Shown: positions 43,373 through 55,387 of the stretch, in pieces
Layout: each line of letters opens with the position of its first letter
Numbering within the stretch: the stretch's first letter is position 1
From: Takakia lepidozioides
Lineage: Eukaryota; Plantae; Bryophyta
NCBI GenBank assembly: GCA_030704615.1
Contig: CM060732.1
Span: 65,348,001 to 65,412,000, forward strand
DNA: 64,000 bases
Direction: 5' to 3'
The notes under the pieces: generated by a model
Databases searched by the model: none
Told to the model about the DNA's origin: nothing
Seen by the model: the letters and a program-made list of their open reading frames with translations, nothing else
Made by a program: the position numbers and the translations under genes

Positions 43373-43770
43373 GTCATGCATGCTAGAGTAGACATGTTTC
43401 GACTCGCCGACACTCATGGCACATACATTTTGATTCAGAAATCAAGTAGCTTCCATGTGCCATATGGGGAATATACATGCTTGGATAATCTTCTGTTAAG
43501 GTTTTTTGCAATTCACTGCCAGTATGCTGGGACGTGTCCTTTGTCGTATGGATTGCTGTTTGCACAAGGTGCAGTATGCAAATGCTGGAATGTGCAGTAG
43601 GACCCTTCCCACTGGGACACAGAACTAGCAATCTTGTAAAGGCATCACATTTGCAGAACACTGACAATGTATTGGTAGCAAATTGGAGTCTTCTCATAAA
43701 GGTGGACGAAAACGCCAGGATGGGCTGCGAAATCACCACAAATTGAATGAAGAGCAGTAACAAGGAAGCA

Positions 43771-46572
43771 CTATGCAGTATACAGACCAATAACGGCGCT
43801 GAAATAGGCCACAATACCTGTGTATCTCCACACAATGTACCTCTCCACCAGTCGAAACCCTACACGTCCTAGAGCGTCTGCCTCCTCCAGGGAAAGATCT
43901 GTACCAGTTGCCACAGGCCAGACTGGTGGTGGTTCAGGCATGCCTTGTACACCATACTTGGGCTTGCCGAACACACACGACATGATGTCATGCCTGCAGA
44001 ACCAAAACTCCTTCAGTGTGGCCTCCACAAACTTTGCACACACAAATCTCCCTGTGAAGCAAGGGGCAGGCACACCGCCCTGCGGGCTCCTCCGAATCAT
44101 CTCATTGCATCTTTGGTTGGTGTCGACACGAACAGCACAACATTTGCCACAAAATGACGGACGGGTCCGTGCAATTCTCCACTGCGAGGCCGACACATCT
44201 CGCTCCACGATTGGAATGCTATATTGGGTAACGATAATAGGAGCAACATGCTCATCCTCGGCATGCTGTCCCGAGTCTGGCAGCGATTCCATGGATGCTG
44301 CAGGAGAGGGGGTACGAGTCCTGCTGGGAGGAGGCGTGGGATGCTACATCGTTGCGCCCCGAGGTTGAGTGCGGATGTTCATATCTGATCTCCATGAATC
44401 CCCGTCGCCTTCGGGCATGTCCTCAATTCTTCTCTTCATCACCGGCCGGCTGCGGACATCGCCCTCCAGGCAGTTCCCCCGACTGTGTAACGACGTTGAC
44501 CTTATTGTTTCCCGCAATGCAGCAGTCCATTTTTTGGGATCGGTCAAACGATGCGCCGCCCTCATTAGCATCTCCTGCCTGTCTAATCCGATACCCCATT
44601 GCTTTCCTCCCAGAAATTGGTAGTAACGAGATTGTTGCACGATGGCCCTCACAATATCTTCTGTTGTTGCTGTCAACATGTCAACGAGATGTGCCGCAGA
44701 GGAAGCACGCTAGGAAGAGTGCACCGATTCGGCCATGTTCGTTGTCGGCATATCCGTGTCATCCTCCAAGCTCATATCCTGTTGAAGGAAATTAGAAATG
44801 TCACTCATTGTGGAGAATGTCCAAGCACAAACAGAACAATTGTCAAGTACAGAAATGTGTTACCTGTCTCATGTAGTCTCCAAACTGGCGGAATCTATAG
44901 TGCCACCACGCAAGCCACGTTTGCAGTTCTGGCTGATCTTTCACATCCACTGCCCCTGAAGACACCCACCAGGCGCGTATGGTTGCAAACTCGGTCTCCG
45001 CCTCGTCGATGGAATTCGCATTTTTCCACGCAAGACACATACTGATATGATCCTACCGGTGGCGTGACGCCACGAACCTTTTCGTGTTTTGCGTCAAACT
45101 CTGCGTGAAGTGGAACCCGCAAGATCTCTCCTTACCTTCCATTGGAGTCTTTGGGTCGTCCCCATATACCCTCCTCATTGCAGCGCCCACCTCACCTGCA
45201 GCCATGAAGCCCCTAAAATCAGGAGGGGGCAACTTCGCTCTCGCCATTTGCTCATTAATTCCGCGCCACATATGCAACTCCAAATCTGTGTCTTCTCCTT
45301 TCATTTCACAGATAACAATGGTCATCAACTTTCTGCAATGTGGGTCGTATACATGTGCCCCCATTGTCACCCAATCGTGGTTGGTAATTCGCCTGATGTG
45401 GTCGAACATGACCCAGCAATTTGAGAGGTCAGCGCTCCCCGGTCCGCACGTTGACATCTTAAATATGAAGCACTTGTCCGTCTCTGAGCCTTGACCAGGA
45501 AAGAAGCTGCCCTGGATGAAGTCGTACCGTACCGCATGTGCGCTTCACTTCCAAGATGGAGTGCATGTCTGATCCTCTTCCGATTCGTTTCTTGCAGCCG
45601 ACAATGTGGTTCCTGACATTGGGGCTGCACACATGGGAGACAGCTTCCTGCAGCTCCTTCATGTCCCCCTCGCCCAGCTTCTCCTTTGTGCTTCCGTCCT
45701 CCGACATTATTCTGCCAATTGCAATTCTATGTGCGGATGCGAGCTGTATCTGCTTTGGTTTTGCTCCCGGCCTGAACCTCACCTCCTCCTTGATAATATT
45801 GAAAAGCGACTCTGCAATTGCCTCTGGCGACGGGGTGGTCATGCTTTCCGATGTGAATGCATGCTCTGGTGCACGCTGGGCCGACGGTCCCGACGTAGTA
45901 CTGCTTGGCGTTGCACACTGCCATACACGTAGGGCTGCGTTGCAATGGGCACACTTGAACGTCCCTTCAGGAACTCTACCTTGAGGCCAAAATGGGGTCG
46001 ACGAATTGCCAATCCAGTCAGTCTCATTCCGGGTGCCTTTGCTTGTGTAATGGTAACATGTGCTCGAGAAACATTTAAGATGCCCAGCACACAATACATA
46101 TCTCACTCGAACTCCATCACCCAGGTTGGACGATGAAGTTTTGGTGACACACCAAGGGTGGCCATCATGTTTCCTGTTCATTCCTGCCAGCATGCCGTCT
46201 GGGCCTGCGTCTGCTGGCACTGGAGGGAACTCGTAGATAGCATTCCCATCCACAACTTCAGGCAAAGTTTCCACATAATGGATTGGAGTTTTGTCGAATC
46301 AAGCCTAAGAAGGTCACTGGAGCGGGAACCCGTTGTCTTCATCCTCCGCAATATGTCGATTACTGAGCGGACGGAAGTTGAGTCGGAGGGTGTGTGCTCA
46401 TTGTTTGCCGACTTTTGAACACTCCTAGTGACGGACGACTTCGAAACATACGATGGAAGGACCATACAGTCTTCATCGTCACTGGATAAGTCGTGGACGA
46501 CTGTTTCCCCTGTTTTCCTGGATTTCCCCTTTCACATGTTTGGGCTCTCTGCTTGTGAAGAGGTGCCCACAT
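43771..46572 (-). pseudogene. MULE/Mutator-type DDE transposase with N-terminal GCM/WRKY-like Zn-binding domain; frameshifted
   Basis: GCM-like DGHPW...RYVLCAGHLKC...C..C...CIHIGKHDHP; WVMFD (first D); CGFH (CxxH); TTNMAESVH (catalytic E, ~44720-44745); Cys-rich C-terminus. There is an intron at ~44780-44865 and multiple frameshifts. The second catalytic D appears lost (GFMAAGE). The 5' end is uncertain. Confidence 0.78.
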
Positions 46573-47114
46573 CCTTCATGGCAGACTTCACATCTTGCAC
46601 GCCAGACCCTCTTGTGGAAGGAGGATCAACCAAGTTCCAGCGTGGGAACTCTTTAGGCACGATTTCACCAATTGCACTGTACCGGATGGATTCAGAAGCT
46701 GGGAGCCGCCACTCTTTGCCCTTTCTGAAATGCATGCAGAATGACGGCACTTTCCAGAAAATTTCCATAAGCATCCTTTATCTCCTCTTCCAAAAACACC
46801 GTTCCAGGGCGGAGCCCGAACTTCACACACAAGTACTGCTCAGTGACAATCGCAAATCCTTGGTCGCGGGTATTTTAGCTTTCAAGAGAATCAGGATGGA
46901 AGTACACGTTTACCCAAACACGGAGTCCATGTTGAAAACGGTACCTCTCGATACGCTCCGCAGCGAAGTCCTGCAATGAGAAGAGTGTGTCCTACAGAAT
47001 ACCACAATCATTTTCTGGAGGATTCTGTATCCAACAGGATGGGTGATCAGTGCACGTATGGATGAAGGTGTGTAACGTACGTTACAAATACGGACGACCA
47101 CATCAAGTTCACAT

Positions 47115-48540
47115 CGGATATTTGGTGCATGAATTGTGATGTACCACCAGTTGGGCTACAATAAATCAGGCCTTCTCATGAATTTCGGCACCGAAATCTG
47201 GATGAACATCTCTGTAATGTAACAGATTTGGAAGCTAGGGGATGAATTCCGGCGACAGAAATCGTAATTTGTTCACCTCATGAAACTGAGCAAGCACCCG
47301 ACGGATGGATTTCGGTGCCGAAATTCGGATGAACATGTTCTTCATGAAATTGTTTCTGCACATAAGGGTTGAATTTCGGTGCCGACATCCGAATGACAGT
47401 AATCCTGAATCGGCAGTAGGGATAAATTTCGGCGCCGAAATTCATTCATCTTCTCTTTTTCCGACCCTAATTCTGCTGTCCGGATGGATTTCGGCGTCGA
47501 AATTCATCCGAAGTCCTCCCTTCATTTTTTTTTCATGTGCGACAGATGAGTTTCGGCGCCGAAATTCATCCGAAGTCATCCCTCCAATTTCTTTTAAGGG
47601 TTTGAGCGCTAGATTTTGGCGCCGAAATTCATCCAATGCCCTCCATCCAACATTTATTTCTCTTTGAAATGGATGAATTTCGGCGCCGAAATTCATCCTT
47701 ACTGTCCACAATGGATAACTCTAATATTACATTTTCTATGCGACGGATGAATTTCGGCGCCGAAATTCGTCCATACCCGACACTTACTTCTTGCTTCTGG
47801 ATGATGTAATGTTCCGAAATTCGTTTGAAATAACCCATTCCGACGAAGATAACACGAATATTCTGCATTAAATGGAGAAATCGGCACATTCACCCCTTAT
47901 GTCTACAAAAGGCCGTTATCCAGTGACGAAAGGGGATATTTTTTTCATGTTGGGGGAAAATTAATTGCATTTTAGCCGTTGTTTTCATTTGAAACTGACA
48001 GTATCCATTAAGTGGTCATTTTTCGCACGGGACGTTGCCGCACATAAAGTATAATTCCGGCGCCGAAATTATAGTTAACTGTCCAGACATGGCAAGTCCA
48101 ACAGGCATGGACAGCAACCGTGAGGGGCAATGATGGCGGCAAAGCGTAGCATGGTGCCGATTTAGTCTTCGCGTTGGATGAATTTCGGCGCCGAAATATG
48201 GATGAAATGTGCCCAAGTGCAGCCGTCTCCACTATCCTGGAATTAATTCCGTCTCCGATATCCGACTGACAGGTTTGCTCATGACGGATGAGGACTGGGG
48301 AAGCGATGAATTGCGGCGCCGAAATTCATAAGTTTGTGTATGAAAGCACTTGCATAGGATGAATTTCGGCGCCGAAATTCATCCGTCCCTGATGAAACAT
48401 ACTGACCTGACTGTTCAATGTTATAGGCAGGGGATTTTCATGGCGGTTGGGTTTCATGATGTGCGGATATTTCATTCAATGCCGGCTGCTCCAGGAACAG
48501 CATCCGGTGAACGGAACTGTATTTCGGTGCCGCAATTCGG
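47115..48540. repeat. Array of palindromes GGATGAATTTCGGCGCCGAAATTCATCC separated by non-repetitive spacers
   Basis: At least 15 recognisable copies. Perfect 28-bp palindromes at 47671-47698 and 48357-48384. The array lies between the divergent transposase and ParB-MTase genes. Confidence 0.95.
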
Positions 48541-48899
48541 ATAAAGCGTCTTGTACTGGTGGCTTGAACAGGCACGCGTCGTGTTCCAGTCGACTTCATC
48601 CGTGCGAACGTGTCAGGGGTCGCAATCTCTTCATCACCCATACGGCAGAAAGTGGTGGACGGTGACAACGCTTCGGGAGATGTGGCTGCTTACGCATCTG
48701 CTCGTGCACAGTGGTTGCATGTTCCACCGCTTTGCTCTCTCGCTCCTTGCCTTTCTGCAATGACATTCTCCTGCGTTTCCTCTCCTTATGCAGCATAGTG
48801 ATAGCATAGAGTTTGTGGAAGGTCAGGCGACTCCACCAAAGAGAAGGAGGACGCGGGATTTTGGAAAGCCGCCGACGACACGACTTAAGCTCCGTCTCA

Positions 48900-51800
48900 T
48901 GCAAGAAATGCAGACCTCGTTATCCGGAGACTCGGATCGCCCACCAGTGAGAGATTCGTGCTTCGCGGATGTGAAGCACTCCATACGCACTATTCCTTTT
49001 ACACCTTTTTTTTTGCGTGCAGTGTGTCATGTTTTCCTATTTGTTTGACATGGGAGCTGGGGAGGGATCGCAGGGGGGCGAGGCAACACAGTCAACTTTG
49101 GATACTCTTGCCCGGGTGCTGCGCTCGCAAGGTGGAAGTGCATCGAGGCAGACGACTCCTCATTCAACACCTCAGATATCGCCTCAGAAAAGCCCACCTA
49201 GAGTCCGGAAGCCGAGGAAGCAGAAGGAGCCCATGGCTTCGCCAGGAAAAACCACTAGGGAGACTGGAAGCGGAGATATTGGGTTTGCAGGCAGTTTCAG
49301 AAAACACGGATGCGGTGGAGGCCGCTGGAGATGTCGGAGTCGGATCTGCAGAAGGGCGGCCCATTGAGTTGACAGAAGCACGGGACGACAACGTGGTGCG
49401 ACTTGACGACGATCAGAACCTGCTGGAGGAGCAAAACCTCGAGGACAGTAGACAAGCTGGTGAGAGGGGTGAGGGAAGTGAGAGAGGTGATAGAAGTAAG
49501 AAACTGGTGGCGGGTATGCTCATGAGCGCACGAGACATGAACATAGCAGCAAACAGGTTGTTGGCACAGACTCATAGCAACATAGGCCGCGTTTTGGGCT
49601 CCATGGTGTATCTGGAGAACCTGAAAGCACCTTTGTGTTGCATGGTTAGCCTTCCAGTTGTAAGGCAAGCACTGCCAGGGGACATCGATCGACTAAAGCA
49701 CAACTTCAGAGAGGGGTACAGACGGGGGTCGGCAGCATTCTACGTTTCCATTGAGAATGACCAGGGTGTCACAAGGGGCCCCACTGCAGAGGAGCTTCAG
49801 AATTGGAGCCCCCACTGGCACACTGTAAATGCCGAGTTTGAAGCCTCTCTGAAGACTAATCCCACATTCGCACACATAGAAGGGAAGATATTCTTCGTTT
49901 GGGACGAGAACCACAGGATGCTTGCCTGGACAGAGTACATTGCTGAAAATGCATCCGCAAGATATCAATTGGCATTACATGGTGGACTGCATTGTCATGA
50001 AGGTGGACGTCAGGGACAGAGGACTGCTGAAGGGTGCCATGGCGGATATAAATATGTAAGTATACAACTACATCCTTGTGTACTGCCTATTGCGGCGCCA
50101 AAATAGACAATGTTCTTGACTGTCATGCACTCTATGAACTGGAAATTGGATTGTTGTGCCGAAATCTGGTTATTTTTGTATCATATTTTCATGTTGTTCC
50201 TTTTTTTTTTTCTCCATGGCAGGGAAACAGAGAGGGCCTTCGTGGAAACTCATCTGGCACATACGCTCTACAGAGTGCAAGAAGTGGGAACAGCACCGCT
50301 GACGGACTTCCAAAAATCCCTCGATCCCGAGCTGTACACGAAGTCCCTTGCGAAAGCGGATTGCACCTGGTACCGATTAACACTGGACGCCATGGTGGAG
50401 ATCCTCTATTCGGTGAGGTTCATCTCAAATTTCCCGATTTAATGCTATTTGTTGCAGGGATCAGTGGCCTGACTGTATCCGCTGGGTATGGGAATGCAGA
50501 CGAACATTAGGGATGATTTGGCCTATGCCAAAAGGCAATTCTTTGATAATGATGCCCCCAACAAGGCGGACGCGTCGATAGAGAGTCACATTGTGTAGGC
50601 AGGGAGGCAATCACGGACCAAGTACAGGTCCAAACTTGTTAAGCAAGTTGCAATCGTTGACCCTGGTCTTGGTGCCGAGTTCCTGGCGGAGATAGGACTG
50701 CATTACTCCAGACCCATGAAGGAAATGTCCATGGAGAAACTTCATCACATCGCAGTGTCCTGTGTTGAGCCGGCGGAGAAGGTAAGCATGTGTTTGTTCT
50801 TGTTTTGTGTCTTCTCGCGATTCTCATGATGAAGTTCTTATGTCTGACCAATGTTAGGCCATGCAGACGAGGTGGCTGCGAATCTGGAACGGCCATTCAA
50901 ACACGAAGCTGTTGTACCACTTTCCCATTGAGCCAACAGACGACAAAATGAACGACTGGCTCAATGTGATGACTTGGTGGCATCAGGTATAATTTCCTCC
51001 TCTTCTGTGTGTTGGACATCATCGCAATTTCAAATTCATGAATGTTTTGGAAACCTGCACTGCTGCAGGTACTGACCCATGCCTAGGAGCAATTGGATTG
51101 CAACACCACCACTTTCAAGTTACAGATCAACTGGACGAAACCGGAGACAATGGAGATTTACGTGCAGTCCTGGCGAGGGCGCTTCACAAACCTCTTTTTC
51201 AGAGAAATTGCAAAGGCAAGACGCAGCGTATACATTGAAGAGCGGGAGGGTGCCGACAAAGCGACAATGCGTGTCCTGTTCAGGTAATCTGCTGCCAATG
51301 CATCCCCCTATTTGCAGTTTTGATGATTTAGCTAAGCAGCGGTGGGTATTGCGGCGCCGAAATATACCTCTGCAAGATGTGAGTGTTGGGTAATTGGGGC
51401 ACGGTCCACTGCGTATTTCGGTGCCGAAATACCTTGTGCATTGAGAACTTCCTCTTGCATAATGCATCAGTAGAATGATTTTTGTTGAACTGCCTCGTGA
51501 TTGCAGGTACATAAACTTTGCACTCATTCCGTCCGGAGCCATTCAAAAGGTTCCACCATTCTTCCTAGTGTGGAGGACACCTGGAGGTCGTGGTACGATG
51601 TACACAGAAGTAATGGCGAAGGAGTGGCATGCCGAGCATTTGGTAGACTGTCCCTGGTATGTGGATTTCCCAAGTGGGACCGTTGACCTCTCGGAGGTTA
51701 ACTTGAAGAAGGAAGCGAATGCCAGGGCTATGAAGGCGCAATCGGATCCCCAACCAGAGGACGCGGAAAGACTGAAAGCAGAGGAGGCAGCCAAGCAGAA

Positions 51801-53968
51801 AGCACTAAGAAAGTCAGCCAAGGTGGCAGCGTTGGCGAAGGAGCAGATGGAGAAGCAGGCAGCTGAGCAGCCCAAGGACAGGAAGAAAAGAACGTGCAAA
51901 CAGGGGCAAGAGACAAAGACCCCCACACCCAAGAAGAAGAAGCAGCAACATAGTCAGCCAGATGACGAGGATTCCGACGACGTTTTCCAGCAGGATAACA
52001 CCCAGGGGGCCACACCTCGTCCAAAAATTCACAAGGGCCAGCGCTCCGGGGGTTCGGCTGCGAAGAGATCACTATACAAGGATGCACCTGGCAGACCCTA
52101 CCGTGCGGTGCACATTGCGGGCAGGGAAGTCCTCAAAACACCCACAATTGTGGAGTGTGTTAATGAAAATTTCCTAACTGCTCTGACCAGAAGGCTGGAG
52201 AAACGAGATTGAGGAAGGCAATCGAGGCCCACCAGGGGAAGGGGAAGAGGAAGGCCACTGGCAATGATATGGAGGACACTCCTGGCTACACAAAGATGAT
52301 GGAGTATTTTGTGGCGATGAGCCACGGCAAAAAGAGCACAGTCGGGGGCAGGGCGGTGAAAGCCTCCATCGACATGATCATTGTGGATATCCCGGATGGG
52401 CAGGAGATACTGGGGCTGGGCTCACTACCCTAGTGGAACAAGTACGACAAAAGATACTGGAGCCACACATTCGGGTTCGCAGCCAACATGTTGGACGACG
52501 ACGGCTGTGTTGTTGTGCTAGCAGCCGATGGAGAAGTCACTGAGAATGATATCAAAGTATGGACGGGGAGAAGTGCAGCACCCAACCTGAAAAAGATCTG
52601 GACTTGCATCAACACGCAGGGTCTTCTCAACGATGGTCAGAAGGTATGCTGCGGTTCTCCTCTGCTCTGCCAATTTCTGCGCCGAAATTGCCCATGTACG
52701 TGTAGGCCACCTCTCACGTTCTCATTTCCTTCTTTGCAGACTCTTATCTTTCAGGCATTCTGCTTCGTGAAGAAACATTCAAAATTCAAATTACGTCAAG
52801 CAGACTTGTTGATTCCACAGTTGATCCACTGGAGTATAACGTCCTGTTCAACCATGTGGGAGAGAAGGACATGCTTTGTGATTTGTCGGGCAAGCCTTGG
52901 AGGTATGGCAGGACCAGGAGTCCTGCATTCATCCAGACGCTCGTGGAAACGTGTACGGCTGTTGAAGGCAGGGTCCTCGATGTCACTGCAAATACAGGTT
53001 AGAGCGTTAAGTGATTGCGGCACCGAAATTGACACCGTTTCCGATTGTGTATGTTTGCTTGCGCGAGGAAGCGAGTCATTCTTGACTTTGGCTGTGGTTG
53101 TGTCGTATGAATTCGCAGGTGCCTGTATGTGGGCTGGAAGGATGTCGAACCGATTTGTGTTCTCATTTGAGGGGGATATGGCCTTGTACGATTTCTATTT
53201 GGTGGGCCTACAGCGTCTGCCTCCGACTGAGGATCCCAAAAATGCAGAAGAGGACGTGGAAGGGGACGAGGAAGAGGAAGAGGAGGAAGTCCAGGAAATT
53301 CGTACGATGCAGGGGCGCCCGAAGCCGCTTCCTTCAATGCCTGTCTTCGAGTGAGTTGCACCATGGTAAGTGTATTGGTTTCGGTTGTAGGGACCATGCA
53401 ACCTGCCGATGATTCCCTGTTTGAATGCTCTAATGTGCTTCATTATGTGTTTATGCATACACTCAGCCTTGCAGAGTCGTCCGACGAGGAAATGCTGGGA
53501 GACTTGCCCGAATCGGACCTTGTTGCAGAGGAGGAGACAGAATCGCATCGGCCATTCTTTGCCAGAAAATCGTTTCTCGCGAGTCCCCAGAAGCCCTTTT
53601 TTCTACCAGCCTATGCAGACACGGCTGCCAGAGAAGCCATCAGGAGAGAGGATAGGCCTACTCGGTTTGAGCAATTGATATTCGGGAATGAGCAGAGAAT
53701 TATAATGAGGCGTGAGGCCAAACATGGAATTGTGAAAGGCAGAGTAGGCAAGTTCGTCATAGAATCCGCGTCCGAGAGCGAGGGGGATGATGAGGACAGT
53801 TCCGCACCCAGGTGGACAGTTCCAGCTGGTGAGGATGGTATTTTTGAGGGGAGGGCTTCTCAGAGTAACAGCGGTAGCAGCAGTGCAGGTTCGGAGGCAG
53901 GTGGAAGGCAGCCATCCTTGCATGAGGCCGGGGATGCATCGGACAGTGATCATGGATCCTCACCATAG
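48900..53968 (+). pseudogene. Multi-exon cargo gene: ParB/Srx-like N-terminal domain plus beta-class N6A/N4C DNA methyltransferase-like C-terminal domain; stops and frameshifts present
   Basis: ParB-like VRQALPGDIDRLKHNF...FYVSI...FFVWDENHRMLAW (49620-49935). MTase-like IDMIIVDIPDG (52368-52400), NMLDDDGCVVV, and RSPAFIQTLVETCTAVEGRVLDVTANT|GACMWAGRMSNRFVFSFEGD (52915-53180, spliced across 52998-53118). GT-AG introns at ~50055-50222, 51284-51506, 52644-52739 and 52998-53118. The start is uncertain. Confidence 0.68.
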
Positions 53969-54209
53969 CAAAGTCTCATTTGGATCCTTTTGTTGTATAG
54001 TTCTGAAACACTTAATGAAAATATTGACGATTTCAAAAATCATTGTGTTCAGACTGCATGTCCGATTCCCTACATTTCTTCGGCCAACCACAATGTAATA
54101 ATAAAAGCAGAAGAGACGCAAACTTAAGTAAAGAACCCTACAAGTAATTTATGCACACCAGCGAACCGCGAACTTGAAGCCATGAAAACCCTGCCGTTTT
54201 TAACATTCC

Positions 54210-54500
54210 TATTGGGAATTTCGGCGCCGAAATAGCCCAGTGTGCGCCTTCATAATATGGGCCTTATAAAATTCCACGAAGGAATTACTGCACCAAAATA
54301 TCACAATGGAAGCCTTCAACACAGGGCACTTCAGCACATTCCACTTGGGTATTTCGGCGCCGAAATAGCCCGCTCTACGCCATAAAATACGGCACTATAT
54401 CACATTTCAAAAGGAAATTTCGGCGCCAAAATACCCCGGTGAATGTCTTCAAAACACCACTTTAGCACACTGCTCTTGGGAATTTCGGCGCCGAAATACC
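54210..54500. repeat. Right subterminal array of the same palindrome, ~66 bp period
   Basis: Cores at 54223, 54289 (degenerate), 54356, 54422 and 54487. Confidence 0.9.
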
Positions 54501-54832
54501 AAGGTCGGTGGTTTTAGGACGGCAATTTCTTCCCGTAATGTCGTGGCACCTTCTCTGTCAAGCCCCTTCTAGCCCCAGTCATTTTCGATCGCCTGTGTGG
54601 GTAGCCGTTGCTGGCCAATGGGGGCACGTATTGCCGTTGCCCCAGAGAAGATCACCTGAGAAGGTTTTCCGCATTGGGTTTTCAATGTTTGCATCTCCGT
54701 GTTGAAAAACAACAGTGATTACTTGTCCCTCTCCATTCCCGGTGGGCGCACACTTCCTCAACGCCGCCCTGTGTAAGTGCCTTCTGCATTCAACGGAGCG
54801 GGATTCGAGGATCGCGATTGCGTGAGCCGGTG

Positions 54833-55387
54833 ATGGGAGACATTATGGTGGAGTTGGACTTCAGTGAAGGTACACGCAGGGTGACGAGTTTCCGAGCACT
54901 TCTGTGGGATTCTCTTTGGGTGAGGCCTGCCAGTGGACAACAGTGAATACTTGTTGTGCGAGATAGACCTGGAAAACGGAGTGTTCGTCTCTTCATCATG
55001 AGATGTTGCTGCGGCGAGTTCTGGAGGTCTTACTACCATAACTATGCTGCACCTCCACAGTATTTGCTCCCGGATAGGGCTCTTGAGTTGCTCACTCACT
55101 CTTCTGGGCCAGGGAATATATTGTTGACACTAAGGGAGAATCGGAACAGGTTTGTCCTAGATGTTTGCGAATTTCACGACGCTGTGGAGGAGGTCCCAAT
55201 AGGAGGCCTCCAATATCTGCATGTTTTCACGAACGTGACCTCTATAGATATCTTGTATCTTTATGTTTGCCATCTTAATCCAGAAAATGGCAATGCGCAG
55301 TGGACGACTACCGCACCACTCCTAATTCTGGACTTGTGGTTCGACGACTCGGTGGTTCGTGTTGTGGATGTCAACGCAACAGCATAG
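54833..55387 (+). pseudogene. Hypothetical protein, right subterminal cargo ORF (in-frame TGA at 54944)
   Basis: MGDIMVELDFSEGTRRVTSFRALL...*...RCCCGEFW...PGNILLTL...ATA*. It shows weak similarity to the left cargo ORF. Confidence 0.45.

Noticed and set aside
47115-48540. CRISPR array (28-bp palindromic repeat plus ~35-bp unique spacers)
   Set aside because: The context is a eukaryotic transposon with no cas genes. The repeats are perfect palindromes with degenerate flanks, and the same motif is scattered in introns and subterminal repeats. It fits protein-binding sites better.
48900-53968. Bacterial or phage contamination explaining the ParB-MTase gene
   Set aside because: The gene has spliceosomal GT-AG introns, one of which splits motif I, and it lies inside TIRs nested among plant TEs.
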